NCBI RefSeq assembly: GCF_002105155.1
Contig: NW_019029009.1
Coordinates: 62,001 to 126,000, forward strand
Direction of reading: 5' to 3'
Origin: Lobosporangium transversale
Lineage: Eukaryota
DNA length: 64,000 nucleotides
Positions 53,438-64,000 of the stretch are shown here, piece after piece (the stretch's first letter is position 1; every line of letters begins with the position of its first letter). Both the position numbers and the translations under genes were made by a program. The notes under the pieces are model-generated. The model was not told the DNA's origin. It did no database searches and saw nothing but the letters and a program-made list of their open reading frames with translations.

Positions 53438-56400
53438 CTAGCAGTAGCCCGTGCGATGCACAGGTGTGAATTTTTGAACAAAATAATTTATTATTTTTAT
53501 TTTTATACTTATTGGAGAACGCTCTTGTATACAATGTTCCTTGTATAAAACACCTTCAAACCCAGGAAATATGCCATTGTCTATTAAAACCCTCAGATCT
53601 CTTGGATTGGAGCAGCGTGATAGTGCAACATACAGTTGACCATGAGTAAACACGGGAGCAGGGAGATAAATACCCACCTTCTCAAGAGTTTGCCCCTGCG
53701 ACTTGTTAATTGTCATAGCGAATGCTGGCTTGATGGGGAATTGATACCGTGTAAACTTCACAGGTGATGTTTGGTCATCATCAGCAGTTGTCAGGGGGAT
53801 GCGCGGAATAAACACTCTTTTTCCTTTTAAAGCGCCTGTGATAACTTCTGCTTCCATGCATCTTGAGGAAAGACCACGCACAATAAGTCGGGTACCATTA
53901 CACAATCCACGCTTGGCGTTCATATTCCTTAACAACATGATAGGCTGGCCGATCTTTAGTAGCAGCTTAAATGGTGGCAATCCTGATGGCTCCAAAGTGT
54001 TGAGGTACTCGACTGGATATAGGCCAGCCTCCACATCATCAGTGACTGAGTCATGGGCTTGATAAGTCCCAATGTTTTCACCATAAAGCATTTTGGTTGC
54101 AATATCCTTAATCGCATTGACACTTTTGTTGAGAGGAGTCAATATGGCTCTTTTCATCATGTCATCAGGGAGCAATGGAGTAGTCTCAAGGCTGGGATAC
54201 ATGTAACTAATGAGCTGTTTAACATGCGAATCCCCACCTGCTGCTGGCTTGAAGATGTAGGCTTCGGGAATGCTGATATAGTCGGAATGGTTTGCTAGAT
54301 CAACAGTCGGTAAGGCGCCTTCTCCGACCTGGAGCAAGAACTGAACAAATGGACCATTGCTCGGATCATTCACCACCCTCATGTTTTGTGAAAGCTTCAT
54401 GACTTCTACTTTGCTCCAGATGTTTGGAGAGTTCTTTAGACAGGACCTAACAATTTGCTCCACTGTTCCTCGTACAACAACAGGTAGGGTCTGCCGGAAA
54501 TCTCCACCAAAAACGACAATCTTCCCACCAAATGGCTCATCCACCTTCAAAACATCTTTTAGCGTCCTATCGACAGCTTCAAAAATATGTCGATGCTGTG
54601 TTGGAGCCTCATCCCAAATGATAATTTTAGCATCAGAAATTTTTTGAGCCAATTCTGACCTGGCGGCAATGTTGCACACCGTGTCAGCTTTACATGCGAG
54701 AGGAATCTTGAAAACTGAATGTGCAGTGCGACCTTCGCGCAAAATTAAAGCAGCAATTTCTGAAGAGGCTACAGTAATGACTCTCCAGGATCCAGCTCAT
54801 CCAATATTTCCTGCCACTTCGGATTACAGGTAAATGTAATGAAAAGATCTGGTTTTCCATACTGTCGTACAATCGCCATGGAATCTTGGAATAGTTGATG
54901 CATATGACGTGGACCTCCAGTGAAAGATGAAGGGAGTACTATCCGCTTTCCAGTATTGGCAGAATCAACATTTGCATCATCATTTATGGCATCAACTATT
55001 CCTTGATACAGATCGGCACGAATTTCCTCTTGATGATCTTTGACAAACCTCAGTCTCTCCGATTCGATTTTGGCATACTGGTCAACAACGTATTGATGGC
55101 AAAGACGTCCAAATAGCCAAAAGTAGCATCTCTGATCTGTGTCACTAATTGCTCTGATTTGCAGGCGATAGGCATAGAATTCCCGAGTTGAAACATATTT
55201 AACCCTCGTGTTGTCAAAGAACCAATTCTATGAACAACTGTCCCCTGAATCCGGAATGTATACGCTCCATCTTGTCCGTTTGCAAGGGCCTGATCAACAT
55301 TGACTCCAATGGAGGTGAACGATAGCGACGCATTGTATTTCTTGATATCGTGCAAGAATTCCTTAAATTCTGGAATAACACCACTTAAAACCTCTAGGAT
55401 GAATGGAAGTGGCTCAATAATGGGCAATACAACTCGACCTCTCTGACAGCAGATGGAGTATTTAAAGTCCTGATTTTGCTTCTTATTACTTCGTTCCTCT
55501 TTCCACACTTTCGCCTGACAATCTGGACATTTTATCATCCGATCAAGGTGATGTCTGTGATTTTTAATACTGTTGCCTCTGATTAGATTTTCATTAAAAG
55601 GTCGCCTAGCAATGAAAGGTCGCCTAGCAATAGGAACTTGTACTGGAAGTGGAGGTCGTGGTGGGGGATGATAAGGCTCAAATTCATATTCTTCCTCGCG
55701 GTTACTTCTGTTCAGGTTAATGTTCTCATTACGTGAATTTTGCACCTCCATGTCACGCTCACTTTGATTTTGAAAAATTGAAAAAAAATATTTATTTAAT
55801 TATTAGTTCAGCTTTTCCTACACTTGTATCCTACATCCTATATATACTTATCCATTCCTCTGTTGCTCTGTCGTGTTGTCTTGTCATATTGTCATATATG
55901 TTCTGCATTTTCCAATTATCACTTATACTCACTTATCAATGACGGGGATAATATTCTCAGGACAATTTTCCAAATGTCCATGTATTCTTGGACGACTACA
56001 TGTCTTACATCTGTTGAAAAGACACTCATTACTATTTGATCGTTCATGCGTAACTTCAACTAATTCTCCACGACGCGCATATTCTTTAACGCATTGGTTG
56101 CAAACCATTGTTGAAGTAAGGGAATAAGGGAATGAAAGGGGAGGAGGAGGAAATAAGGGTGAATCTATTTGACAACCCGGGTTGTCACTCTTATTTGACA
56201 GCCCCCCCCTAATTTAGCAATCACATCGGCTTATTTGGCAACCCAGGTCTTCAATTTTCACTTTTTTGTTATTTGACAACCCGGGTTGTCAAAAAAAGAA
56301 GAAAAATTGTCTTTTTCAACCTGTCACATGACAAGTCTTCACCATCTTGCACTTTTGGAGGGCCTTTCTCAGCTGGATTTCTAAAATGGTGGCAACACTC

Positions 56401-56874
56401 CATTATCATGACTGTGGTTATAGCTCTCTTTTTTTTCCTTTCCGCGTCTTACGCATGCGCCATCAAGCGTCGCATAACCACTCCGAATTTATGCATGCTT
56501 ATCTATCCAAAAAAACCCCTTAGTGCATGTTACCCGTATAGGCACATTTTCTATAAAAGCAAACCCTTGTTTTAGAAATCAGTTGTAATAAAAAAACAAC
56601 ACCTCGTAACCAAAAAAAAAAAGTTTGTTATTTGATGGAAGCTTTTAGATTGCTGGAGGGATTTCATGTTGCTGAGGGATAGCAATAGAAACGATTTTCA
56701 CATAATAATCTTGCCAATAAAAAAAGGGTTGTCAAATAACAGTGAGCTTGGGGTTGTCAAATTAGATATTTTACTATTTGGCAACCCGGGTTGTCACGCA
56801 AAGAAAAAAAATTGAGAAAAATAATTAAGGGGGGGGTTGTCAAATAAGAGTGACAACCCGGGTTGTCAAATAGA
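53438..56874 (-). mobile_element. Internally deleted (non-autonomous) Helitron; 3' end firm at 53438, 5' end tentative
   Basis: Minus-strand 3' terminus CCTGTGC-ATC-GCACGGG hairpin (53464-53448), then ctactgCTAG followed by T. Contains Rep and PIF1 helicase fragments. Candidate 5' A|TC start at 56874. Confidence 0.85.
53509..56108 (-). pseudogene. Helitron RepHel (Rep/HUH + PIF1-like helicase) broken by two internal deletions and a 3' frameshift
   Basis: Exon 1 at 56108-55933, intron 55932-55762. Then CPDCQAKVWKEE...CCQRGRVVLP and YNASLSFTSIG...TFRIQGTVVHRIGSL. Junction at ~55215 into another frame: FYAYRLQIR...GRLCHQYVVDQYAKIE...RADLYQG...GKRIVLPSSFTGGPRHM...GKPDLFITFTCNPKW. Junction at ~54781 into VASSEIAALILREGRTAHS, IIWDEAP, FGGDFRQTLPV, LCNGTRL, AFAMTINKSQGQT, HGQLYVALSR. 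The native tail YTRNIVYKSVLQ* is in a shifted frame. Confidence 0.92.
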
Positions 56875-56876
56875 TT
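56162..56876. repeat. ~715-bp foldback unit with ~53-bp inverted ends and multiple TGACAACCCGGGTTGTCA palindromes
   Basis: 56162-56214 is the near-perfect reverse complement of 56823-56876. Perfect palindromes at 56170-56187, 56272-56293 and 56851-56868. One-mismatch copy at 56779-56796, degenerate copy at 56236-56253. Half-sites at 56726, 56751 and 56834. Confidence 0.95.
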
Positions 56877-57696
56877 AATTCATAGTATATTAGAGATATG
56901 ACATTTCTTTTTAGATATCAAAATGACACATGTTTTAGATTAGGCCATTTGAGCCAGGCACAAGACCCCATAAGGAAGGCAACCCATTTGTAGAGCAAAT
57001 CCTCAGTAGAAATTCTACATGCCTTTATGGGCCCTTGATTTTCAGCAATCGGAAAGAAAAGAAAGGTTGAATAAGCTTGGTATGAAAATTAGTTATTTGC
57101 GAGTAATGTGACATTATTTGCTGTCCCTGACATCATTGCTGGCTGTTGAAATCAAACCCTTTAGTCCGTTTGGTCAGACACGTAAATGTTCAGACGCTAC
57201 GAGTTGGTGTGGTGTACTGAAAGGAGGTTTTTGGTTAGTCTTGAGTCAATTACAGATACTCCACTTGTAAAGAACACCTTTTAATTGACTTGAGTAACAA
57301 AAAAAGCATTGAAGAGATGGGCGTCATCCTGACGATTTGACATTGTTCTTAATTATACAAACCTTGTCAGCACTCAGCAGGCAGCAAAATCATTGGACGT
57401 TTAAAGCAGTGTAATGATTACATGAAATTGAACTGGGACTCCAATTCCTACCCCACATGAGCAACTGTCTTTACATGGCTAAGATGACCTATCATCATCC
57501 AATATCCGTCATTCTTTCATCATTTACTTTAAAGTCTAGCTTGTTCAATAAAGAGGCCTTGAGACATCGAAGGAACAAAAGTATAAATACCGTCTCTTCT
57601 CCTATTTTTTTTGTTCATCAACTCAACTCTCAAAAACTTCTATCACAACTCATACACACTCAAACACTTAACAAAAGAAACAACACTTTATCCAAC

Positions 57697-57981
57697 ATGG
57701 CAAGCAAGATCACCAACACTGTCAAGGAGGCCGTCGGCAACACCAAGGAGAAGCTCGGCCACGCCACTCACAACGAGAACATGGCTGCATCCGGTGCCGC
57801 CCAAAGCGCTCAAGCTCATGCCGCCAAGCAGCAAGCCAGCCACGAGCGTCATGCTGAAGGACTTGCCCACAACGTCGAGGGTAACACTCAAAAGGCTACG
57901 GGCAACCTCACTAACGATCATTCCCTCAAGGCTCGTGGCCATGCTAACGATGCCCTCGGCAACGTCCAACGCTCCGTCTAA
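57697..57981 (+). CDS. Small hydrophilic CsbD/LEA-like stress protein (94 aa)
   Basis: MASKITNTVKEAVGNTKEKLGHATHNENMAASG...VEGNTQKATGNLTNDHSLKARG has two CsbD-like repeats. Strong C-ending codon bias, caacATGG context, upstream TATAAA at ~57582. Confidence 0.8.
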   Translation: MASKITNTVKEAVGNTKEKLGHATHNENMAASGAAQSAQAHAAKQQASHERHAEGLAHNVEGNTQKATGNLTNDHSLKARGHANDALGNVQRSV

Positions 57982-58654
57982 AGCCCTCAAGATCGATCCC
58001 TTAAAGGAGATGTTCGGAGTATTATCGATTAGGAATCACTTAATGTTCTTGAAGCGCTGGCTATTCCATGCTTAACAAACACAATCTGTTCTACTTTTGA
58101 CACTTCTTTTGTAAATAAATAAACATATTTGTAATAACTGATATTTGATGCCTTTTGTGCCTCATTTCTATATTGCTGTGGGTCCTTATCATAAAAGAAA
58201 AAAAACTACTACTGTGGGCAACATATTTCGTGGTGAAGAAAAAGTGAAAAAGGATGTAAAATGTAAAAAGGGAAGAAAACGAGGGCTATCCTACAGCCTA
58301 CATCCTTTAATCTCACAAAGACGTGTATGTTTTTGCAACGGAACAGAGTTGTGAACACATACGCACTGACCAAGAAAGGGTTGACAAAAATGGCAACAAC
58401 AACGTGAACATTGCTTTCAATCGGAGACGGGAGAGCATTCCTCTCGATCACCACCGTTATTTAGATATTTTCTCCGGTAGAAGAATTTCCCTTCCCGGCA
58501 AAGTGTTCCTAGCAGAATGGTATAAAAAGTATCTTTCCTTTACTGTCTTTTTTTTTCTTTTTTTTCTTTTCTCATCGCCTTCCGCTGTCTCCTATCTTTT
58601 TCTTGGTTCCTCATTCCACTTACGATCTCTGTTCATTCGTTTGTTCATTTCGAC

Positions 58655-60590
58655 ATGTCGTTTAACATGGACCTAGAAACGGTCCAGCAGTTTGTGCTGG
58701 GTCAGCATCCCACATGGGAGGTTCTCAACAACACAGAAACGGGCGCAAAGATATTGGTCTATCATCAAGAGAAGCCACTTGTGATCCCACTCTTGATCCT
58801 CTTGCCCTTCTTACTCATTGCTCTCTTCCGCATGTATACAAACTCACCCGTGGTCCTATCCTACAACAAGAAGCCTGTTTCGATCAACCTTTATGATCCA
58901 AAAACAGGCAAGATGTATCAAGAAAATTATATCGATTACATCAAGCGCAAGTGTCCCTCACTTGTCGACCGTTCCAAGGGCGCTGTTTTCAAGCCCACAC
59001 TCTGGATGACCAGTGGACATCTTCAGACTGCTTATGCTGCTTACATTAATTTCACGACTCGCTACCTCATCGATTACCAAAGGTATGCTTCATTTCAACA
59101 TTTTGGTGTTTGCAAAAAAAAAAGTGCCAAATGCCCTGAATATCTTGAATATCCCTTTTTTTTTTTTTTTTTTTTTATCTGATCGAGCCAATAATTACTC
59201 GAAGCGAAAACGAAGATAAAAAAAATGCCTTGTTAGAATCATTTGGGCCTCTGTTTTTTTTTTTTTTTTTCTTTTTACGAACATCTTTTACCACATCAAC
59301 ATTTGGCGCAATTAAGTTTCCAAACATGCTTACGTTTTTTTTTGCTATCATGCATCTGCATAAATTTGAGATGTTTATTCACGCTAAAGTCTAACCCCTT
59401 GGCTTATGCTTTTTACTGTTCTTCCATCTTTTTCTCCGGCTTTGCATTTTTTTTCTGGTCTGTTTAGGGAGCTGCTGTCAACCCCGGATGGGGGAACGGT
59501 ATCAATCGACTGGGCACCTTCATTTGAAAAGAAGCCTGTAGATGATACGCCAACATTGGTGATTTTGCATGGCCTCACAGGAGGAAGCTACGAGTCATAT
59601 ATCCGGTCCTTAATTGAAGTCTTGACACAAGAGCATGGCTACCGCTGTGTGGTCTTCAATGCTCGTGCTTGTGCTGATACAGACCTGACCTCTGCTCAAC
59701 TTTACTGTGGCTCCTGGACAGATGATCTTCGAATGGTTGTCAAGCATATCCGCAAAACTCTCCCCGAGGCTAAACTCATGAGTATTGGTTTCAGTTTAGG
59801 ATCAAACATTCTGATGAATTACATGGGTGAGGAAGGAGATCAATGCGAGTTTATGGGAGCCATCTCTGTTGGCAATCCTTATGATTTGATGGGGTAAGCA
59901 AAATTTAAGATCCTTTTTAACTCTTCCCCTGATTGTGAGAAAAAGACTGATCTAATCTCGAATTTTTGCCACACCATTTTTAGAACATGCTACAACATGG
60001 AGCGCGGATTCTTGGGGCACAACCTTTACTCACCAGCAATGGGAGGCAACTTGAAGAGAATCTTTTTCAAACATGCGAAGATGTTTGAAAATACAGATAT
60101 TGATATCGAAGATGTTCGACGTGGTGTTACAATCCGTGACTTTGATGACCGAGTCACCCGCAAGATTTTCAAGTACAGAACTGTTCACGAGTATTATCGA
60201 ATGGCCTCATGCTGTCAGCGTATCTTGGATATCAAAAGACCCTTCCTTTGCCTCAGTGCCTTGGATGATCCTATTGCTATAGCGGAATGTATTCCCCGTG
60301 ATGAAATTAAAGGAAATCCTTTCGGATTGTTGGTGACCACAGCCCGTGGCGGACACTTGGGCTGGTTCGAAGGCTTCTTCAGTCAAGATCGCTGGTGCAC
60401 GAAGCCTTTGTCCGAATACTGTATAGCTATGTTCGAGGCTGACCCTAGACCTGTCTCGGATTCTCCTTCCATTAAATCGCTCTATGCCAATATTGGCGCT
60501 CAGGAGGATGATTTGGCCAACCAGAGCCATACTGTCCGTGATCTCTCTACAGCTGGAGGCGCCACAATTAAGCCTGTCAGGTCTCTCTAG
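58655..60590 (+). CDS. Alpha/beta hydrolase of the ABHD1-3 / Eht1-Eeb1-Mgl2 family
   Basis: FKPTLWMTSGHLQT, TPDGGTVSIDW, ILHGLTGGS, nucleophile GFSLG, SALDDPI, GGHLGWF. Three exons. Confidence 0.93.
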
Positions 60591-61670
60591 AAGCAGTCGT
60601 TAGAAACTAGCCTATTTCTTTCTTATTAGATTTCAATATATATTTGTGCGACCCTTCGCCTTATTCTTTATGGCATCTCATTTTGACGATCCCCTTGGCT
60701 TCTTCTCTCATTGTATCTAATCTTGATTAGTATCTATATAGCCTCCTAAAATCAACTTTTGCCAAGTGAATATTCTAATTTGAGATGGCGCCCATTTTGA
60801 CCATCGATCATCTTTGTTATTACCGCTGAGCTAGAGCATGAGGATTACTGCTCCTACTGAGTTAGAGCATGGAGACACACGGGGAAATAGAATCTGAATA
60901 CCCTTCGAATAGGGCCATTGAATGCCTGTGCGTTCTTGACATTGTCCTATTGCGCACTTTACATGTCATAGACGATTGTGGCCTTGGAGTCGCATGAAGA
61001 TTGATTATTCCTCTAGGGTAGGGAATACGGGATATTACCGGTACCCTAGCCCTCAATCTCCGAAATGAAGGGGGTGAAGGAAGATTTCACAACAAAAGCT
61101 TCTCATTCAATTCGCCAATGTCATATCGGATTTCCTCGTAGGTCTCGCATACATGAATTTTTTAACTGAAAGATCACTTTTGATGATCTAGCGTGGCGTT
61201 ATGTAGGTTTCGCTCTGAAGTCTGCTAGTTTAGATAGAGCATAGAATCGCCTTATCGACACTAAAGATTATGATGAGCGATCCAGCAATGAGAGGAGGGG
61301 TTTGCTTGCACTGATATTAATTACAATATGGAAAGGATATGACACCCTTGCACCCTTTTTGGTATATCTTCATCTCAATCTAGGTCTTTGAAGGCGCCCC
61401 AGTTGATTAGCGGATATACTTGACTGAAAGGTTCACGAATGCTATGCCTCCCTATCCGGAAGGGTAAAACACTTAGTGTTCATCTTAAGGAAATGGATAG
61501 TTATATAAAGGGGCGAAAGGCAAAGAGAGGGGAAGTTCACAACCACAATCGCAATTGCAGCCATGTAGCCTGTTGAGATAGATCTCGGCAATAACAAGAG
61601 GAGGAAATCTATTACTGTTTTTATTGTCAGTTAGCACGCAGTTATCTATGACCTTCGAGTTTATATATGG

Positions 61671-64000
61671 TCATGGAAGACTCCAAGGGTTTCCCGTTGC
61701 TGACGCTGATGCTGATGCTGGTACTGATGTCGATGTTGTAGAAGATGCAACCCCTAAAGAGTCTATAGAGTTGGACATTGATGCTGATCCGTTTTCCTTA
61801 TTCGACTGGCGACGTGGCTCCTTGCGCGAGTCGCCTTTATGGGGACGAGGTGGTCGTCTGACAAGATCTTTTGGATGGACAAAGTTGCAGCGGTCTCCAA
61901 ATGCGCAATTATCAGGATCACTAATTATAAAAAAGAAGAAAAAAAAATTGAGACTGATGTTTCTCGTAATAATGCCACAACGCCTTGTATGTTTTCGTGA
62001 CAGAGTCATACCGGCATGGCAGGACTGGATGGGTGAACTTGCAAGCCTTGTTGGTGCAATTGGGCCAGAATCGACAGCGAGACTTCATCTTGACTCGATC
62101 ATTTGGTTGGGTCTGCGATTGCAATTGAAGCTGCATAGCAGGATCCATTGCCCAAATATGGCTTTGGTCTGAGGGACAGAATTATAAGGGGAGTATGAAT
62201 TAGGATCAGCTAATGAATTGGGATCAAGGGTGTTTAACACCAGACAGTTGGGCAGCCACGAGAAATTACCGTTCATGATCGGAGCGTTACTTCGCGAATT
62301 AACATCAGAGGCCGTTGCAAAGGAGGCATCGGTAGGGCGGGGTAGCCATGAAGGCGTAAAGATCGCAGCATTGGTATTTAACGTATGGTTTGTACCTGAG
62401 TATGACAAAATGAAACAAGACAAAACAAAAATTGAACATCAATTGAGAACAGAGCAGTTCCATTGAGTGACTGTATGGACCGTAACCAAAAATAGTTCCT
62501 TACGAGCAGTAAATGATTCATTAGTTTGGTTGCTCATTCCCGAAGCAATAGAAACCTCGTTCATTTGTTCCGATGCAGTCAACGCACTTCCTGACGATGC
62601 TGGGGTGAAAGATGTTAGCGATGATGGTTGCGACAAGGAAGAAGTGGTAAATGAATCGAGTCCTTTGTAAGGCGAGGCAGCCTCCGCGATCGTCAATGCC
62701 TTTTCAATTCTCTCCACAGCTTCGATTCGCACTGGGAATTCTTCATTAAGGATCTTTGAAGTCTCGGATGGCAAAGGCATGTCTAGGACAGAAGTATGGC
62801 GCTCAACCTCTTCAGGATGATTGTCATTCTGTTGTACTTTCAGGAAACTTTCTGTGATCGTCACTACTTCTTGCTGCTGATGCTGCTCCTCCGTCTCTAC
62901 CTCGCTCTGTCCCTCCTCTTTCTCTACCATTACCGGCTCGTCTTCGTCCTCTTCCTCCTCTACCACCACCGCCTCTTCCTCTGCCATCTCCTCCTCCACT
63001 TTTTCCTCCGCTTTCTCCTCCACTGACTGATCCTCTTCCACTTGTTGATCATGATCTTCCTCTACCTTCTCCTCTACCTTCTCTACTTCCTCCTCTACCT
63101 TCTCTTCGTCTATCTTCTCTTTAACTTGCTGATCCTTATTGGTATCTTCTTCCTGGGACTCAACGATCTCCTGGCCCAAGACTTCCTTTGTTGCAACGAC
63201 CTCATCCTTCTCCTTCTCTTCCTCCAGATGTGTTTCCTCTATAACTATGCTCTCCTGAACTAAAGCAATGCTCTAAATCCGAGTAGGTACGAGAATAAAA
63301 CCTCAATTTTAAATGCTATATTTATATATATATTCAATAGACAGAATGGTGTTTTACCTGCTGAACAATATCCTCTCCAGTCTTAATGATGCCATCCACG
63401 ACCACTTCTATCATGAGTAAAATTACAAAAAAAAAAAAAAAAAAAAAAAGGTGGTGTTAGAAACAGTAAGAATCGTACACATTTTCCTTAAAGCTGTTTT
63501 GCCATATTATGGCGAATAAAAACTTTCAATCGTGTGAAAATGGGAAAGTTTGAATGAAGGATTTCAATCTCATTGATTCCTGGTTGTTTACTTCCGACAA
63601 GAAGAGGCCAGTATTTCTTTGTGAGCATTTTTTTTTTTTTTTTTTTTTACCTTTCACAAATAGTGAAGTTTCCTTTTCCACATATTCCGAATTCTCCTGA
63701 ATCCCCTTGCTAGTAACAACAGGCTTGGATTGTTCGATCTCCTCATGTACGATCACATGAGCGTACTGAGTATCGGCAGATTGTTTTTGTTCCTGCCTCT
63801 GTTCCTGTCCCTGTTCTTGTTCCTGTCCCTGCTCCTGTTGCTTAAACTCTTCGTCTTTCTTCTTAATTCCGCTACTATCTTTGCGATTGTCGATTTGGTC
63901 GCCAGTACTATCGGATTGACTCTTTTTAACAGTTTTACTCTTGGTGGAGACAGTAGTAGTGCTTGACGTTGATGTTGAAGTCGTAGGCGGACGAGGAGGC
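61671..64000 (-). CDS. Large acidic protein with C-terminal tandem CCCH zinc fingers (Nab2/ZC3H14-type spacing); 5' end outside the window
   Basis: CRFWPNCTNKACKFTHP and, after splicing, CRDPDNCAFGDRCNFVHP. Upstream Glu-rich exons at 62.4-64.0 kb. Stop at 61671. Confidence 0.7.

Noticed and set aside
53438..54742. 434-aa ORF as an intact host PIF1 helicase
   Set aside because: It starts at TTG after Walker A is lost, is fused to Helitron Rep fragments, and its tail is a frameshift read-through into the element terminus.
56170..56868. Palindromic repeats as a CRISPR array
   Set aside because: Spacing is irregular, the overall symmetry is inverted, the context is eukaryotic and there are no cas genes.

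Overview
Gene-dense, intron-rich eukaryotic DNA with very long poly-A/poly-T tracts. Gene content and intron style point to an early-diverging fungus, probably Mucoromycota/Mortierellaceae-like (inference, not verified). About 21 spliced protein-coding genes are readable: a Fungal_trans-type transcription factor (5' truncated), RPL42/eL42, a TM+armadillo protein, NDC1, an EHD ATPase, acyl-CoA oxidase, ATG3, VPS60, a mitochondrial-type thiolase, PRE8, a DH-PH RhoGEF, a P5B ATPase (YPK9-like), a Tra2-like SR protein, an NADP-dependent MDR oxidoreductase, two single-pass surface proteins, a CASTOR-like ACT protein, a CsbD/LEA-like protein, an ABHD hydrolase and a CCCH zinc-finger protein (5' truncated). 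There is also a tRNA-Leu(UAA) and a frameshifted secreted-protein pseudogene. The most unusual block is 53.4-56.9 kb. It holds an internally deleted Helitron with a canonical 3' hairpin-CTAG end 140 bp upstream of the tRNA and a spliced zinc-knuckle first exon missed by the ORF track. Directly upstream of that exon is a ~715 bp foldback built from an 18-bp palindrome (TGACAACCCGGGTTGTCA). Other leads: a candidate poison 3' splice site in the Tra2-like gene, a fungal CASTOR with mostly conserved arginine-pocket motifs, and a dense CATG cluster upstream of it. All exon boundaries were read by eye and no searches were run.
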